Below the pieces are notes generated by a model. The model saw nothing but the letters and a program-made list of their open reading frames with translations, searched no databases and was not told the DNA's origin. Below, one piece after another: positions 1-12,784 of a DNA stretch of 64,000 nucleotides (position 1 is its first letter; each line of letters starts with the position of its first letter). Position numbers and translations under genes: made by a program. Source of the DNA: Octopus sinensis (taxonomy: Eukaryota); the NCBI RefSeq assembly GCF_006345805.1, contig NC_042999.1, positions 135,284,001 to 135,348,000 of the forward strand. Direction: 5' to 3'.

Positions 1-306
1 ATGCATATACCCTTATTAATACATACACACCTAATGACATACAATGAGTTTCTGCACTGATTCCATTTATGAATTTAATTCCTTAAGCATTTATCAGCCC
101 TGGGCTATAAAAAGATACATGTTTGCAAAGCAAACTTCTTAATCATACAGTCATGCCTGCACCTGATTAATGTATGAATATTTAACAATTTTAAACCTCA
201 GTTGATATATTTCTTTGATGCATATGATTTCTAAAAACCCCATGTGCAAATAAGAAAAATATATAAAGTCAATATAATAATAATAATAATAATAATTGTT
301 ATTATT

Positions 307-520
307 AAGGCAGTGAACTGGCAGAATCATTAGTATGCTGGGTAAAATGCTTAGTAGCATTTCATCTGTCTATGTTCTGAGTTCAGATTTTACTATGGTC
401 AACTTTACCTTCCATCTTTTCAAAATTGATAAAAAATGTACCAGTCAAGTACCAAGGTAGATATAATTAACTGCTCCTCTCCTGTCAAAAACTTCTAGCC
501 TAGTGTCTAAATCAGAAACC
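307..520 (+). mobile_element. SINE, family A (aaggcagtgaactggcagaa... head), after an (AAT)n/(ATT)n tract
   Basis: Same head and body as the copies at 1880, 2088 and 2305 and the inverted copies near 26600 and 47570. Confidence 0.75.
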
Positions 521-521
521 G

Positions 522-585
<64 letters not shown>

Positions 586-592
586 ATACACA

Positions 593-1529
593 ATGGGTCA
601 TCCCATAAACAAAGTGGTTTTTCCAATTGCATGAACTAAAAGTCGGAAGGGAACTACTTGCATCAACTTGCTATAACAGCAGGTAGTAATTTTACCTTGT
701 CCTTATTCTTAGTACAAGTTTTGAAGAGTGCAGTTTGATTTGAACTGTTATTGTTTCAAAGTTATAACCGAAGTGATAATGGAGCATATTCAGCATATTT
801 TGCATTATGGGTTCAATAATGTGTGCCCTTCTTTGCTGTCATATCTCATGAACGAACCTTCTTTGGACCAAATAGTGACTGGTGACGAGAAAAGGGCTCT
901 TTATAAAAATGTCAAGCAGTGAAGACAGTGGGTAGAGAGAGGAAAAACCAGGCACCCAAGGCTAAAGAAGGTCTTCACCCATGTAAGGTGTTGTTATGTG
1001 TTTGGTGGGATATAAAAGGTTTAGTCCACTTTGAACTTTTAAACCTAAACCAAACGATAACAAGAGAGATCTACTGTGAGTAGCTTGAGTGCTTAAGTCA
1101 ATGCTAGAAGGAAAATGACCATCTTTGGTTTCAAGACGAAAGGTGTTCTTCCATCAGGATAATGCTTGGCCACATACAGCGAGGACGGCATTTGAAAGGC
1201 TGGAGCAGTTTGAATGGGAAATGATGTCCTACCCACCATATTTGCTGGACATTGTCCCACCTGATTATCATTTATTCTGCAGTCTTCAAAATCATTTGGA
1301 CAGAAAAAATATCAATTCTGTAAACAAGGTTCAAGCAGTACTGGAGGAGTGTTTTTCATCAAAGACAAGTGAATTTTGGAACAGGGACCTTGCAAGTCTT
1401 CCAGATAGATGGACAAACATTGTAGAAAAGGAAGGAGAATGTACTTTAGATTAAAAAAGAACTTTGTTTATCTTAATTCTGAAAAATAGAAGTATATAAA
1501 AAAAAAAACACATTTGTGGGATGACCCAA
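593..1529 (+). mobile_element. Mariner (DD34D) transposon, internally deleted and non-autonomous
   Basis: TIRs tgggtcatcccataaa / tttgtgggatgacccaa followed by TA. Transposase fragments IVTGDEK, FHQDNAWPHT and YPPYLLDIVPPDYHLF, with 34 residues between the 2nd and 3rd D. Lacks about 320 bp relative to the copy at 15216. Confidence 0.92.
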
Positions 1530-1879
1530 TATATTTATTGAGCTAGTAGAAATATCAAAACATTGGAAAAAATTTCTTGTATTGTAGCATTTATTTTAGC
1601 TCTTTATATTCAAATGCGACTAAAATCAACTTTAATCTTTCACTCCACAAGTCAATAAGTTCTAGGCAAGTATAGGAGTTGATTGTATTGACTAACTTCT
1701 TCCCCTCAAAATTGCTAGCCATGTACCTTTATTATTAGATAAAAAGACTAATATCCCTTTTTTTTTTTCCCATATCACAATGTAAAATGTTTTGTAAGTT
1801 TCCTTATAATATTCTTATCTGCTGCTCTTACTGCAATAAAAGGATTATTATTATTATTATTACTATTATTATTATTATT

Positions 1880-2515
1880 AAGGTGGTGAGCTGGAAGAAT
1901 TGCTAGCATGCTTAGTGGCATTTTGTCCATCTTCAAATTTTGTCACGGTCGACTGTCTTTCATCCACTTGGAGTCGATAAAATAAGTAACAGCTCAGCAC
2001 TGGGGTTGATGTAATCGACTTACTTCTTCTCAAAAATTTCTGAGCTTGTGCTAAAAATCTGAAACCATTATTATTATTATTATTATTAAGGCAGTAAGCT
2101 GGCAGAATTGTGAGCACACCAGACAATATGCTTAATAGCATTTTTTCAGCTTTACATTCTAAGTTTGAATTCTGCTGAGGTCAACTTTGATTTTATTCTT
2201 TCAAAGTAAATAGAATAAACTACAAGTTGAGCACTTGGGTTGATGCAATTAACCTCTCGCCAAATTTCAGCAGTATACCTACAGTAGATAGAATTATTAT
2301 TATTAAGATGAGCTAGTTGAATCATTAGCATGCCAGACAAAATGCTTAGAGGCATTTCTTGACTTTATGTTCCGAGTTCAAATTATGCTCACATAAACTT
2401 AGCCTTTTATCCATCCTTTCAGGGTCAATAAAATAAGTACTTGTTGAACACTGGGTTGATGTAATCAACTAGTACTCTTCTCTCAAAATTTCAAACCTTG
2501 TGCTTTATAAGAATT
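1880..2515 (+). mobile_element. Three head-to-tail SINE family A copies (starts about 1880, 2088, 2305)
   Basis: Each begins aagg(t/c)(g/a)gt(g/a)agctggcagaa or a variant directly after the (ATT)n tail of the previous unit. Confidence 0.75.
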
Positions 2516-3214
2516 ATAATTATTATTGTTGTTGTTAAGCCATTTGAAATTTGAATTGTATAAAGAAACCAATGCTATTGTAAAGGAAGAATGCAATGAG
2601 TGTAGGTGTATAATGCTGAAGGATTTACAATGTAAAAATAAGAATAAATGACTTGAATATCTTCAACTGTAACTATTGAGCTTTCTAATCAGAAGGATTA
2701 ATTTCATCTAATCTAATTAATTCTATTGATTGCCTTGACTGCACAAGGGAAGCTAGCTATTTGGTTCTGCATGCCACTATATTTTTATTACAAGCAAGCC
2801 TGGCATTCTACTGTAATTTGTCTGACGAAGATGTTGAAGCAGTGAATTAAATAAAGATGGAAGCCAAATGCAGAGGAAGTGGAGTAGAGGAGGGAAGAGC
2901 CAAATTATTCTTTGGGAGATTAACTTGATTACCAATATGATATATATTTATCAGACTAAAAATCTACTAGCAAGTCCATAGAGCAAATCATATATTTATC
3001 CAAAACAGTACCAGATATAAATAGAAAAAAATATTGAATGTTTATTTCAGAGTATGAGCCAAAGGATATCAGTATTGCAGAATTCCGGGAAAAAAAAGGG
3101 AGGGGGGAGATTAAAATAGATGCTGCTTCCAATATTAGTTGAGTGGTTGTCTTTATAAAGAACATCCAATTATAAGACACAAGGTCAAAAAAATCCTTTT
3201 TCTTTTTCTTTTTT

Positions 3215-3575
3215 TTACTTGTTTCAGTCATTAGACTGTTGCCATGTTGGGACACCATCTCAAAGAATTTTTAGCTGAACAAATTAACCCCAGTACTTTT
3301 TTTTTAAAGCCTAGTACTTGTTCTATAGGCCTCTTTTGCCAAACTGCTAAGTTGCAGGGATGTAAACACACTGGCTGTTAAGTGGTGATGGGGAACAAAC
3401 ACAGACACACACAAGATGGGCTGTTTTCAGTTTCTGTCTACCAAATCCACTCACAAGGCTTTGGTCAGCCCGAGGTTAGAGTAGAAGACACTTGCCCAAA
3501 GAGCCACACAATGGGACTGGACTTGGAACCATGTGGTTTGGAAACAAACTTCTTACAACACAGCCACATTTACAC
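3215..3575 (-). mobile_element. tRNA-derived SINE, family B
   Basis: Reverse strand reads gtggctgtgttgtaagaagtttgtttccaaaccacatggttccaagtccagtccc (A/B-box-like head). Homologous copies at 10715-11310 and 12785-13170. Confidence 0.75.
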
Positions 3576-3637
3576 CTAAAAATTGTAGACCATTTCTTCA
3601 TTTCCCAGGAAGAAAAAAACCAAAAATATATAATACA

Positions 3638-4273
3638 CTAGCAGTATCGCCCGGCGTTGCTCGGGTTTGTAAGGGAAATAACTATATAAGCATTTTTAGA
3701 GAGTTATAGCAAAAAAATAGCAAAAAAATGCATTAAAATGGAAAAAATATGATGGTAAATTTTTTTTTAAATCGTTGACTCATCGTAGACTTTTTAGAGA
3801 GTTACTTCCCTATATAATAGCGAAAAATGCATTAAAATGGAAAAAAAAAACGATGGTAATTTTTTTTTTAAATCGTAGACTCATGTAGACGCTTTCTTAG
3901 CCATTTCTGTTTTGGTGTCTTCAAGCCATGAAGTCGTTGTTCTAAAAGAACACTGGTCTCCTTGACAACGCATTACGACGTTGATTTCCTTACACTCCCT
4001 TCCCCACAGGTGCAGGTGTGAGCGTGGACGCCAACTCCGCCGCCATCGACACACGAAAAATTATGCATTAAAATGGAATAAAAAATGATGTTAAATTATT
4101 TTTAAAATCGTAGACTCATCGTAGACGCGCGCTAATATTCAGACGGGCTCGATATGAATCACGACTATAAGCTACCCGAATTTGGTTAAACTGTACCGCA
4201 AAATGTGGGAGTAGTTAGGAATCTAAATCGAAGGGGACAGACACTCACACAACTACAGTTTTATATATATAGA
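3638..4273 (-). mobile_element. Non-autonomous Helitron (636 bp)
   Basis: Minus strand starts TCTATATATATAAAA and ends with hairpin CCCGAGCAACGCCGGG followed by CGATACTGCTAG. A 5' TC, 3' CTAG and subterminal hairpin with no TSD are Helitron hallmarks. Confidence 0.85.
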
Positions 4274-4294
4274 TATACATAGCGCAGTAGTGGT

Positions 4295-4634
4295 GAGATA
4301 TGACAGCAAAGAAAAGCATACATTCACTCTCTGCATGCAATTAGACTCGGAAAGTTCGTGAGGAACCCATTGACCCAATTTGCTGACTTTTCCGATAGCA
4401 CACAGGTGTCAATGAATGGTTGAATGACCAAATCCAAGCTTCTCTGCTAGTTCCTGAACAGTTACGATGATATTTTGTTCCACCAGGGTTTTCAGGATGT
4501 CCTTGTCGAGTTCTACAGATCTTTCAGGATGAGGCTCGTCTTCTAGGCTGTAGTTTATGGCTCGGGATTTCTGGAACCACCATTGACACTGCCTTACGCT
4601 TATTGTCCAATCCCCATATACTGCATTAATATTC
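4295..4634 (-). mobile_element. Mariner transposase fragment (HTH region), no TIRs
   Basis: Translates NINAVYGDWTISVRQCQWWFQK...LEDEPHPERSVELDKDILKTLVEQ...ELAEKLGFGHSTIH, colinear with 15885-16209. Confidence 0.88.
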
Positions 4635-4836
4635 TTGTACTTTGCACACATTTATATTCTGTTATTCTTTTATATGTTTCAGCCTTGAGGTTGTGGCCAT
4701 GCTGGATCATGTGTGTGTGTGTGTGTTGTGTGTCTATCTGTCTGTCTGTCTGTATGTATATATGTATATGTATGTGTGTGAACAATAATATTTTCAACAG
4801 ATGTGTTGCAAATGTATCTGATTGTTCTCAAGCTTC

Positions 4837-5026
<190 letters not shown>

Positions 5027-5194
5027 GAGTGTATGTTTACTTTATTACTAATTACTCTCTTCCAAGAACATTTTCACTCACTCTTAGCTTCCCATACATT
5101 TTACTCATGTATCTATCAGCGTCATAGACGAATACTTTCACTTTAGTCTTCCTCAAATCACTCTGTCGCTATTACTTTCATTTTATTCGTTGCC

Positions 5195-5442
5195 CACTGT
5201 GTGTGTGCGTTTGCGTGTGGTGTAAACCAGACTAAGAAAAGCATTTGACACACACACCAGAATGTGAGTTTTCTGTAAATTTTGCTTAATTGGAGTTTAA
5301 ATTTTAAAAACTGGACCTGGCATGACGCGATGCATTGTACTCTTAAAACTGCTAGGTAAATTGTAATTGAAGAAATCCTATATTGTAGATTTGTATAACT
5401 CCCAAAGGGAGGCAGATAAAATCTGCCTTTTATAATAAGAGA
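5195..5442 (-). mobile_element. Helitron 5'-end fragment (near-identical to 6597-6844)
   Basis: Minus strand starts TCTCTTATTATAAAAGGCAGATTTTATCTGCC; similarity stops at the (GT)n tract. Confidence 0.8.
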
Positions 5443-5735
5443 TATATATATATACTAGCAGTATCGCCCGGCGTTGCTCGGGTTTGTAAGGGAAATAACT
5501 ATATAAGCATTTTTAGAGAGTTATAGCCAAAAAATAGCAAAAAAATGCATTAAAAATTGAAAAAAAATTAAGGTAAATTTTTCTTTAAATCGTTGACACA
5601 TCGTAGATATTTTTAGAGAGTTACTTCCCTTATATAAAAGCGAAAAAAATGCATTAAAATGGAAAAAATATGATCGTAATTTTTTTTTAAATCGTAGACT
5701 CATCGTAGACGCGCGCTAATACCCTGAAGGGCTCG

Positions 5736-6223
5736 TTTGTTATTCTGGGTAACTTTCTGTAAAATTATTAAAATTTTGTTCAAACATCGCTATAGAAAAT
5801 GGGTTATTAGCTAATATTCAATTGGGTATACAACAAAATTTTACGATAGAATTTGTTATTCTGGGTAACATTCTGTAAAATTATTAAAATTTTGTTCAAA
5901 CATCGCTATAGAAAATGTGTTATTAGCTAATATTCAATTGGGTATACAACAAAATTTTACGATAGAATTTGTTATTCTGGGTAACATTCTGTAAAATTAT
6001 TAAAATTTTGTTCAAACATCGCTATAGAAAATGGGTTATTAGCTAATATTCAATTGGGTATACAACAAAATTTTACGATAGAATTTGTTATTCTGGGTAA
6101 CTTTCTGTAAAATTATTAAAATTTTGTTCAAACATCGCTATAGAAAATGGGTTATTAGCTAATATTCAATTGGGTATACAACAAAATTTTACGATAGAAT
6201 TTGTTATTCTGGGTAACTTTCTG
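5736..6223. repeat. 116-bp tandem repeat, about 4.2 near-identical copies
   Basis: Unit tttgttattctgggtaac...ttttacgatagaa starts at 5736, 5852, 5968, 6084 and 6200. Confidence 0.95.
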
Positions 6224-6530
6224 ATACCCATAATAATATTTATGGTAAAATAGGCCTTAATTTCATTTAAGGTTGTGGGAAATAACAAGCTATCGTTTCT
6301 TTCGTTTTGTTTACGTTTAGCGTAACAGTTCGTTTCTGCCGTAATGATTTCAAATGGGCTCATTCGAAAAAGTAATAGAAATAGTGTAAGGCTTTACTCT
6401 TCTGGGAAAGTCTGTGGCTTGGTGCAGTTTCTTCAGAAAAATCACCGAAAGAAACAGTTTTTAAATTTTCACTCCATTCAGGTGCTAATTCGTGTTCTTA
6501 ATCGCTGTCGGATTCACTGTTTTCACTTTA
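6200..6530 (-). pseudogene. piggyBac-type (PGBD / DDE_Tnp_1_7-like) transposase N-terminal fragment
   Basis: Reads ENSESDSD*EHELAPEWSENLKTVSFGDFSEETAP...ALHYFYYFF, then a frameshift, then FEIITAETNCYAK...FPTTLNEIKAYFTINIIMGIRKLPRI. This matches the piggyBac acidic N-terminus, W, F-x4-GP, F-x2-FF, TN-x-YA and T-x2-EIKA...MG-x3-LP pattern. Recognised by eye. Confidence 0.75.
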
Positions 6531-6926
6531 ATAGCTGCCAACTTGCAAAGACAAAGGAGGAGAAAGGTGATAGCGTCAGTGAAACAATTCGCTCCTTTGT
6601 GTGTGTGTGCGTTTGCGTGTGGTGTAAACCAGACTAAGAAAAGCGTTTGACACACACACCAGAATGTGAGTTTTCTGTAAATTTTGCTTAATTGGAGTTT
6701 AAATTTTAAAAACTGGACCTGGCATGACGCGATGCATTGTACTCTTAAAATTGCTAGGTAAATTGTAATTGAAGAAATCCTATATTGTAGATTTCTATAA
6801 CTCCCAAAGGGAGGCAGATAAAATCTGCCTTTTATAATAAGAGATAAATCTCTTTAACCACAGTTAATTCTGAGAGAAAATGGCTACGCATGAATTAAAG
6901 TATTTTATAGACAACAGAGCTGGTTT

Positions 6927-7335
6927 CATCATCATCATCATCATCGTTTAACGTCCGTTCTCCATGCTAGCATGGGTTGGACGGTTCAACCGGGGATCTG
7001 GGAAGCCAGAAGGCTGCACCAGGCTCCAGTCTTATCTGGCAATGTTTCTACAGCTGGATGCCCTTCCTAACGCCAACCACTCCGTGAGTGTAGTGGGTGC
7101 TTTTTACGTGCCACCTGCACAGGTGCCAGGCGAGGCTGGCAACAGCCATGGTCGGATTGGTGTATTTTACGTGCCACCGGCACAGAAGCCAGTCGAGGCG
7201 GCACTGGCATCGGCCACGAGTCAGATAGTGCTTTTTACGTACCACCAGACCAAGGGTCCTGGCTGGTTCAATTCGATTTCGATTGCCCCAACATGTCTTC
7301 GCAAGCAAAGGGGGTTGGCATGGGTGCCTATGATA
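6927..7335 (-). mobile_element. SINE family C with RTE-like (GAT)n tail and internal gtggcacgtaaaaagcacc-type subrepeats
   Basis: Plus strand begins catcatcatcgtttaacgtccg. Homologues at 33681, 34510, 50295 and 52232. Confidence 0.8.
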
Positions 7336-10300
7336 TAAAGTGATCTTGGTTCTATGTATTTTGAAGATAAAATGAAAAGTAATCTGTTTAAACTTGTAGC
7401 ATTAGTTACCAAAGAGGAACAGAAATCCAAAATATTATAAAGAGATCATGTCTAATATTTCAAATCAAGTGAGATATATCCTGAGGTAAAGCAATGAGTT
7501 AATGGTTAGGATAAGGACAGAGAGTTGCTAGCATTTAGAATGAAAAAGGTTGTGTAAGTTGGTAAAGGTTAAGAGAAACAAATGCTTGAGGTTAAGAGTT
7601 TGATTGCTTTTAGGACAAGTTTCTTTGTGTTGAAAGAAAAGATGTTTTATCATTTAGTAAGTGTTGATAATTATAATTTAAAAAATTTTCTTTAATTGCT
7701 AAGGAAAATAACTAAATTAATAGCATGAATTTAGATACATTAAGGGATGAATCAATGAATGATATACACGAAAAACTCAACTGAATGAAGTTTCAACTTT
7801 TCAAGAAAGGAAACAAAAGTCAAACAACAATTATTAGGGAGACTCTAAGTGGAGATAATGTCAAATAACAGTAAATTCCACAAAATAATTTACATGCTTA
7901 GGAATCCCACCACAAAAAACTAATATTCGTTAGCAGGGTAAAAGGAACTGCAGAAATATTTCTGTGTTACTGGAGTTTGACAGTGAAGCATAGTTAATGT
8001 CAAGTCTAATCAGCTGGCAAAGTCTTTTTTTTTAAAGTAAAAAGAATTATAAACATTTCTGGCTTGTGGTAAGTTTCCATAATTAGAAAAATATAGATAA
8101 TGGAGGTGGAGGCATATACCTTCATAAAAGCATATGGCTAATATACTCTTGTTAAGCCTGTCTGCTCTTTGGTAACCTCTTCTTTTTATCACTAATTTGT
8201 CACTAATACACTCTCAGATACCTCCTCATCTCTATCAGCAACACTAACTCTCAACCCACTGAACTTCTCCCCTGTCATGATATTTTCTCCATTATACACT
8301 TGTTCGAGCACTGAACTATTTCTACCACTCCCCATTCTACCACTGTTTCCTCATCACACTCTTGCTCCCTACTTCCTGGTCACATTACATTGACTGAGTA
8401 GAGACATTATAGAAGTGATGATCCTTTAATCATGTGAGTGAGAAGGCAACCTCATTAGTGTTGATGTCAAGATAAAATGCACTCAGTATCACTCTAAAGT
8501 GATTAGAAAACAAGCAGAGACTATGTAGGATTGAGAATATCCTTTAATCTGTCTGAAGACACAAGCACTGCTACCATGGGCATCTAGCCACAGAAATGGA
8601 ATGCTCTAATTAAGACATTGTCCTCTGACCAATCTAGGAGGGCAGTAACTAAATAATTGTACAGAAAGTGGATATAAAATCATGATACTCATTATCTATT
8701 ACTATTTCATATATTTGGTGTTTATTACTTATATGGACTTCTTGGTACATTTAATATTACAACAGAAATACAAACACACAGTGATAGAAGTGAAAGATTT
8801 TACACTCCTAATTATGCACTCAAACTATACAGTTTTCTATGCTGAGGATCATGGTAGTAGAATGGCAACATGATGTTTTGCTACAGCAAAAATAATAGAA
8901 TAATGGAGACACTTAAGACAACACTTACAGAATTTGAGTTAAAATAATTGGGTGATAAATGAGAGACATACCAGAAAATGCGTTTCCATCAAAACGATCA
9001 AGCCAGGAAAGTAAGGGGACAAAGGATTTAGAAGTTTTTAAGAACAGCAGGTTGGAGTTCATGTTCATGAAGAGACAGGGCTTAATAATACATACAAAAA
9101 GACCATTGCACAAAAAATGCCAGAGGATTATGGAAACAAAATATTGAAATAAAATGCTTTCTAATATTGCTAAGCTGGTATTGTTTTCTTTTGTGATATT
9201 TTGCAAATGTATTTATGCATGGCATGATATTTTCACTTTAAATGCCTGTCATTCATGTTGGACTTTTGTATCTATGTTCAACTATACTGGTATTTTGTGT
9301 AAAATATTTTTTCTGCTTTAGCTGAGTTGTTTTTATCTTATTATTGCATTCATGTATGATATTTTCACCTTAAATGACTCATCTTGATTTATTATAGCGT
9401 GTTATAAAATGTGTTCAGTCATAGCTAAGCTGCTTGTTTTCTCTTGTAAAGTTTTGCCCTTGATAAGAAAATTAATAAGCAGTATCTCCATGGGCAGCTA
9501 ATAAAGGTATGCAGTTGCTAATGAAATCTCAACAAAGGATTAGAACTACCCCAACTGATCCCTCTTTTTCTATCCATGAAAATACAGCAAGTAAACACAA
9601 GTTATTTACATCTGTTCATTGCATAGTATAGGTTAAAATCTACAGATATACTCTATACTATTTAATATTAATGCAATCAGTAATTGATTATTTGAACTGG
9701 CTGCGAAGAATATGTTATGTATGGAAATTGGTTAGTTCAGTTTTTTTTAGCCCTCAGTAATAATGGGGTTTATAATGTCCTTGAAGATACTTATATAAAG
9801 TGTTTACATCTGTCTATTATATAGTGTTGGCTAAAATCTATACTCTAAAATAAAATATAGGTTTGAAATTACAGTTGTATTATTAAAAACAAAAATCCTG
9901 ATATCCTAGTTGTATGTTTTGTCCAAGTTTTTCAACTTTAATGTAGCTACATATTTAGGAATCCCACCCCAAAAAAACGAAAAAAAAAAACCAAAACAAT
10001 TTCAGTCTGAAATTGGATGCATTTCTGTGTGGTATAGAGATGGAGGAATCTTATATGCTTGTGAGCTTCACATGCCATCAAATACAATATTTTCTAATTT
10101 TGGAGAGCAAACAAATTAACATAGTTAAATAAATACTAAACATGTGATGTCATCCTAAAGACTTAATGTTTATAGAGTTTGAGTATTTTAATTGCTTTTC
10201 ATGAGTAGAGAGGGTAAGGTATTGGATATGTTTTTGCGATGTTTGTGCAAGATCTTTGACTGGAGGTGTTTCCACTTTAGTTGTTGAAATATATATTGTT

Positions 10301-10714
10301 TGCAGTCTTCAATTACTTTTTCCTCCAGCAACAACTGGCAATTAGTGTCAAATGCCATTTTATATTCCAAGTTCTACTCACAACTAGCTCCTTATGCAAT
10401 ATACAAAAAAACTTCATCACATTTATCAATACTGCTATATTGGTCAGTCCACTGAACTCAAAGATTTTGTTTACTTCCTTGTTATAATAATTTAATTTTT
10501 ATTTTATTAGCTGTTGCCATTAAGGTGGGTCTAGCAAACAAGACTGAAAGAACTGCAGGTGAGAAAAAAGTTAATCACTGGTGTTATTGTGTCAGCTTGC
10601 TTGAGTGACTAATGATGAGTTGCTAATTCATTAATCTGTAATTTAATTTAATTTATGGAGTGTAGTATAAAATGCTGCATTATTAGATATAACTGTAAAA
10701 TACAAATTCTTGAA

Positions 10715-11310
10715 ACTTTTATCTTATCTTTTACTGGTTTCATTCATTGGACTGTGGCCATACTGGGGCACTGACTAGAAAGGTTTTAGCTAAATGACCC
10801 CAGTATTTACTTTTTTAACCCTTTAGCATTTAAACAAGCTTTATCTGACCAAAATATTCTACCTGTTTTATGCTCAAACTGGCCAAATCCAGGCTCTCTC
10901 ACCTACCCTATTGTAAAAATAAATAATCACATTATTGAAATCTTGAAGCTACCAAATAATGCATGATTAATTCAAAACAATGTGAATAAATAAGCCTTAC
11001 ATTTAACAGAGTAATCTGAATGCTGAAGGATATTTAGTGGTTTGGCATAATATTATTGAAAGATTAAGTTATAGGAATGTAACCAAACCAACACCAGTTG
11101 TCAAACAGTGGCAGGGGAACACAAAAACATACATATATTGACATATGCATTTATGATAGGCTTCTTTCAGTTTCTGTCTACTTAATCCATTTGCAAACCT
11201 TTGGTTGGCCAAGGGCTGTAGTAGATGATGCTCATCCAAGATGCCATGTAGTGGGACTGAACCTAGAACCATGTGGTTGGAAAGTAAATGTCTTACCACA
11301 AAGCCACACC
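10715..11310 (-). mobile_element. SINE family B interrupted by a TTAA MITE
   Basis: SINE body breaks at 10815-10818 (TTAA) and resumes near 11040. Confidence 0.7.
10819..11030. mobile_element. piggyBac-type MITE (about 215 bp)
   Basis: TTAA-CCCTTTAGCATT...AATGCTGAAGGA; same family at 11458, 20141 and 58953. Confidence 0.75.
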
Positions 11311-11457
11311 ATTTTCAAATTTTATAGTAAAATTTAATGAGTTTTTATAGCATTATATTGTCGAGAAAGTCCATGTGCTAATGCCAATGTGTTTCATAGG
11401 TTCACCATAACTGGTGTAGACAAAAGAAAGAGGTGTTTTGTGGTTATCTAGCCTTAA

Positions 11458-11682
11458 CTTTTTAAGCATTTAAACTTGCCATATCTGGCTCAAATATTTT
11501 ACCAGTTTTATGCTCACACTGACGAGATTCAGCCTCTCACACTTACCCTACAATGTCATTCTAAAAATAAACAATTGCATCATTGAAATCTCAGTGCTAC
11601 AAGATAATGCATGATTAATTCAAAATAGAATAAATAAATAAATAAGCATTACATTTAATAGAGTAATATGAATGCTAAAGAG
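11458..11682. mobile_element. piggyBac-type MITE
   Basis: TTAA-ctttttaagcatt ... aatgctaaagag-ctaa. Confidence 0.72.
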
Positions 11683-12784
11683 CTAAGTCAACCATGATGA
11701 ATTAGAACAATGATCAATGAAGTGTATCTATGAGTACATTGTCAAACATAGCCTTCTATTTTTTAAAGATGGGTTGAGTGTCATTTGAAGGGATTTTGGC
11801 TGCTATTTATTGCAGGTGGAACAAGCAGATAGAAGTCCCCATTGAGCTGAAGTCAAAGCTTCACTGTTGCTACTTGAAACAACAAACATAGGTAATTACA
11901 GACCATTCCCACATAAAAGATGAAAATTAGATTATTATACTAAAAATAGCAGGCTGCACTTAAAATTGAATATAAAAACTATAATACACAACAGAATTCA
12001 TTGATACTAATAAAACTGTAGTTTTATTCACATAATACAAATGTCATGTTTATGAAAACAAACAATGGAAAAAATTCAGCCTAATAGCGATACGATTCAT
12101 ACTTTTTAAAACTAAGGATACAATAAGGTACATTGTAAATTCAGTCACATGAAACTGCTTCATTGTATTTCTCATGAAAAAGAGTATTTCAACAATTCAA
12201 TAATTATATTACAATATTCAATAATTATACTCTTTCAAAATGGATGGGACAATTATTGAATAATCATAATATTCAAAAATTGTACTAGCTATTTGAAGCT
12301 ATTCATTCCTGTACATTTCAGAGAAATTAGTCACCTGAAAAAGTGTCCTTTTTAACAAATTTAAAAAGATCTATATTTAATGATCCAGCAATAGAAAGAT
12401 TTAAATTTTCAAGTATTTCGAAAGGGAACAAAAATCTAAACCTATCAAAAACACTGCCATTATTCATAATTTTATGTTTGATCAGCCACTACTGATTTCA
12501 TTTCTAACTCTCTTCTAAATGCAAGTAGCAATGTAGTTCCCTGCTCCAAACCCTTCTTTTATACCTTAACCCTCATCTGCTAGCGTAAAGCCCCACCCCA
12601 TGGGTTTCGTAGGCTTGCAAGTTGCATGGCCCCTCACTAGTGCTGGTGGCATGAGAAAAGCACCCAGTACACACTGCAAAGTGGTCGGCATTACAAAGGG
12701 TATCCAGTCATAGAGACCAAGCCAAAGCAGACATGGGAGCACAATACAGTCCATGGACCCATCATATGAAAGATATATATATAC

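Larger units (their letters stand above)
5455..6844 (-). mobile_element. Non-autonomous Helitron (about 1.39 kb) with internal tandem array and transposase fragment
   Basis: 5' TCTCTTATTATAAAA. The 3' about 250 bp (hairpin plus CTAG) closely matches the Helitron at 3638. Confidence 0.85.

Noticed and set aside
3051-3142. Possible plus-strand terminal exon (EYEPKDISIAEFREKKGRGEIKIDAASNIS*)
   Set aside because: The acceptor is plausible but there is no recognisable homology or partner exon.
5736-6223. Regular repeat array as possible CRISPR
   Set aside because: Contiguous 116-bp units with no unique spacers, in a eukaryotic Helitron.
8971-9080. Possible synaptogyrin exon 2 ending ...AFS|G with a GTATGT donor
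   Set aside because: The upstream peptide does not resemble the MARVEL domain, the acceptor is weak and the length is too short.
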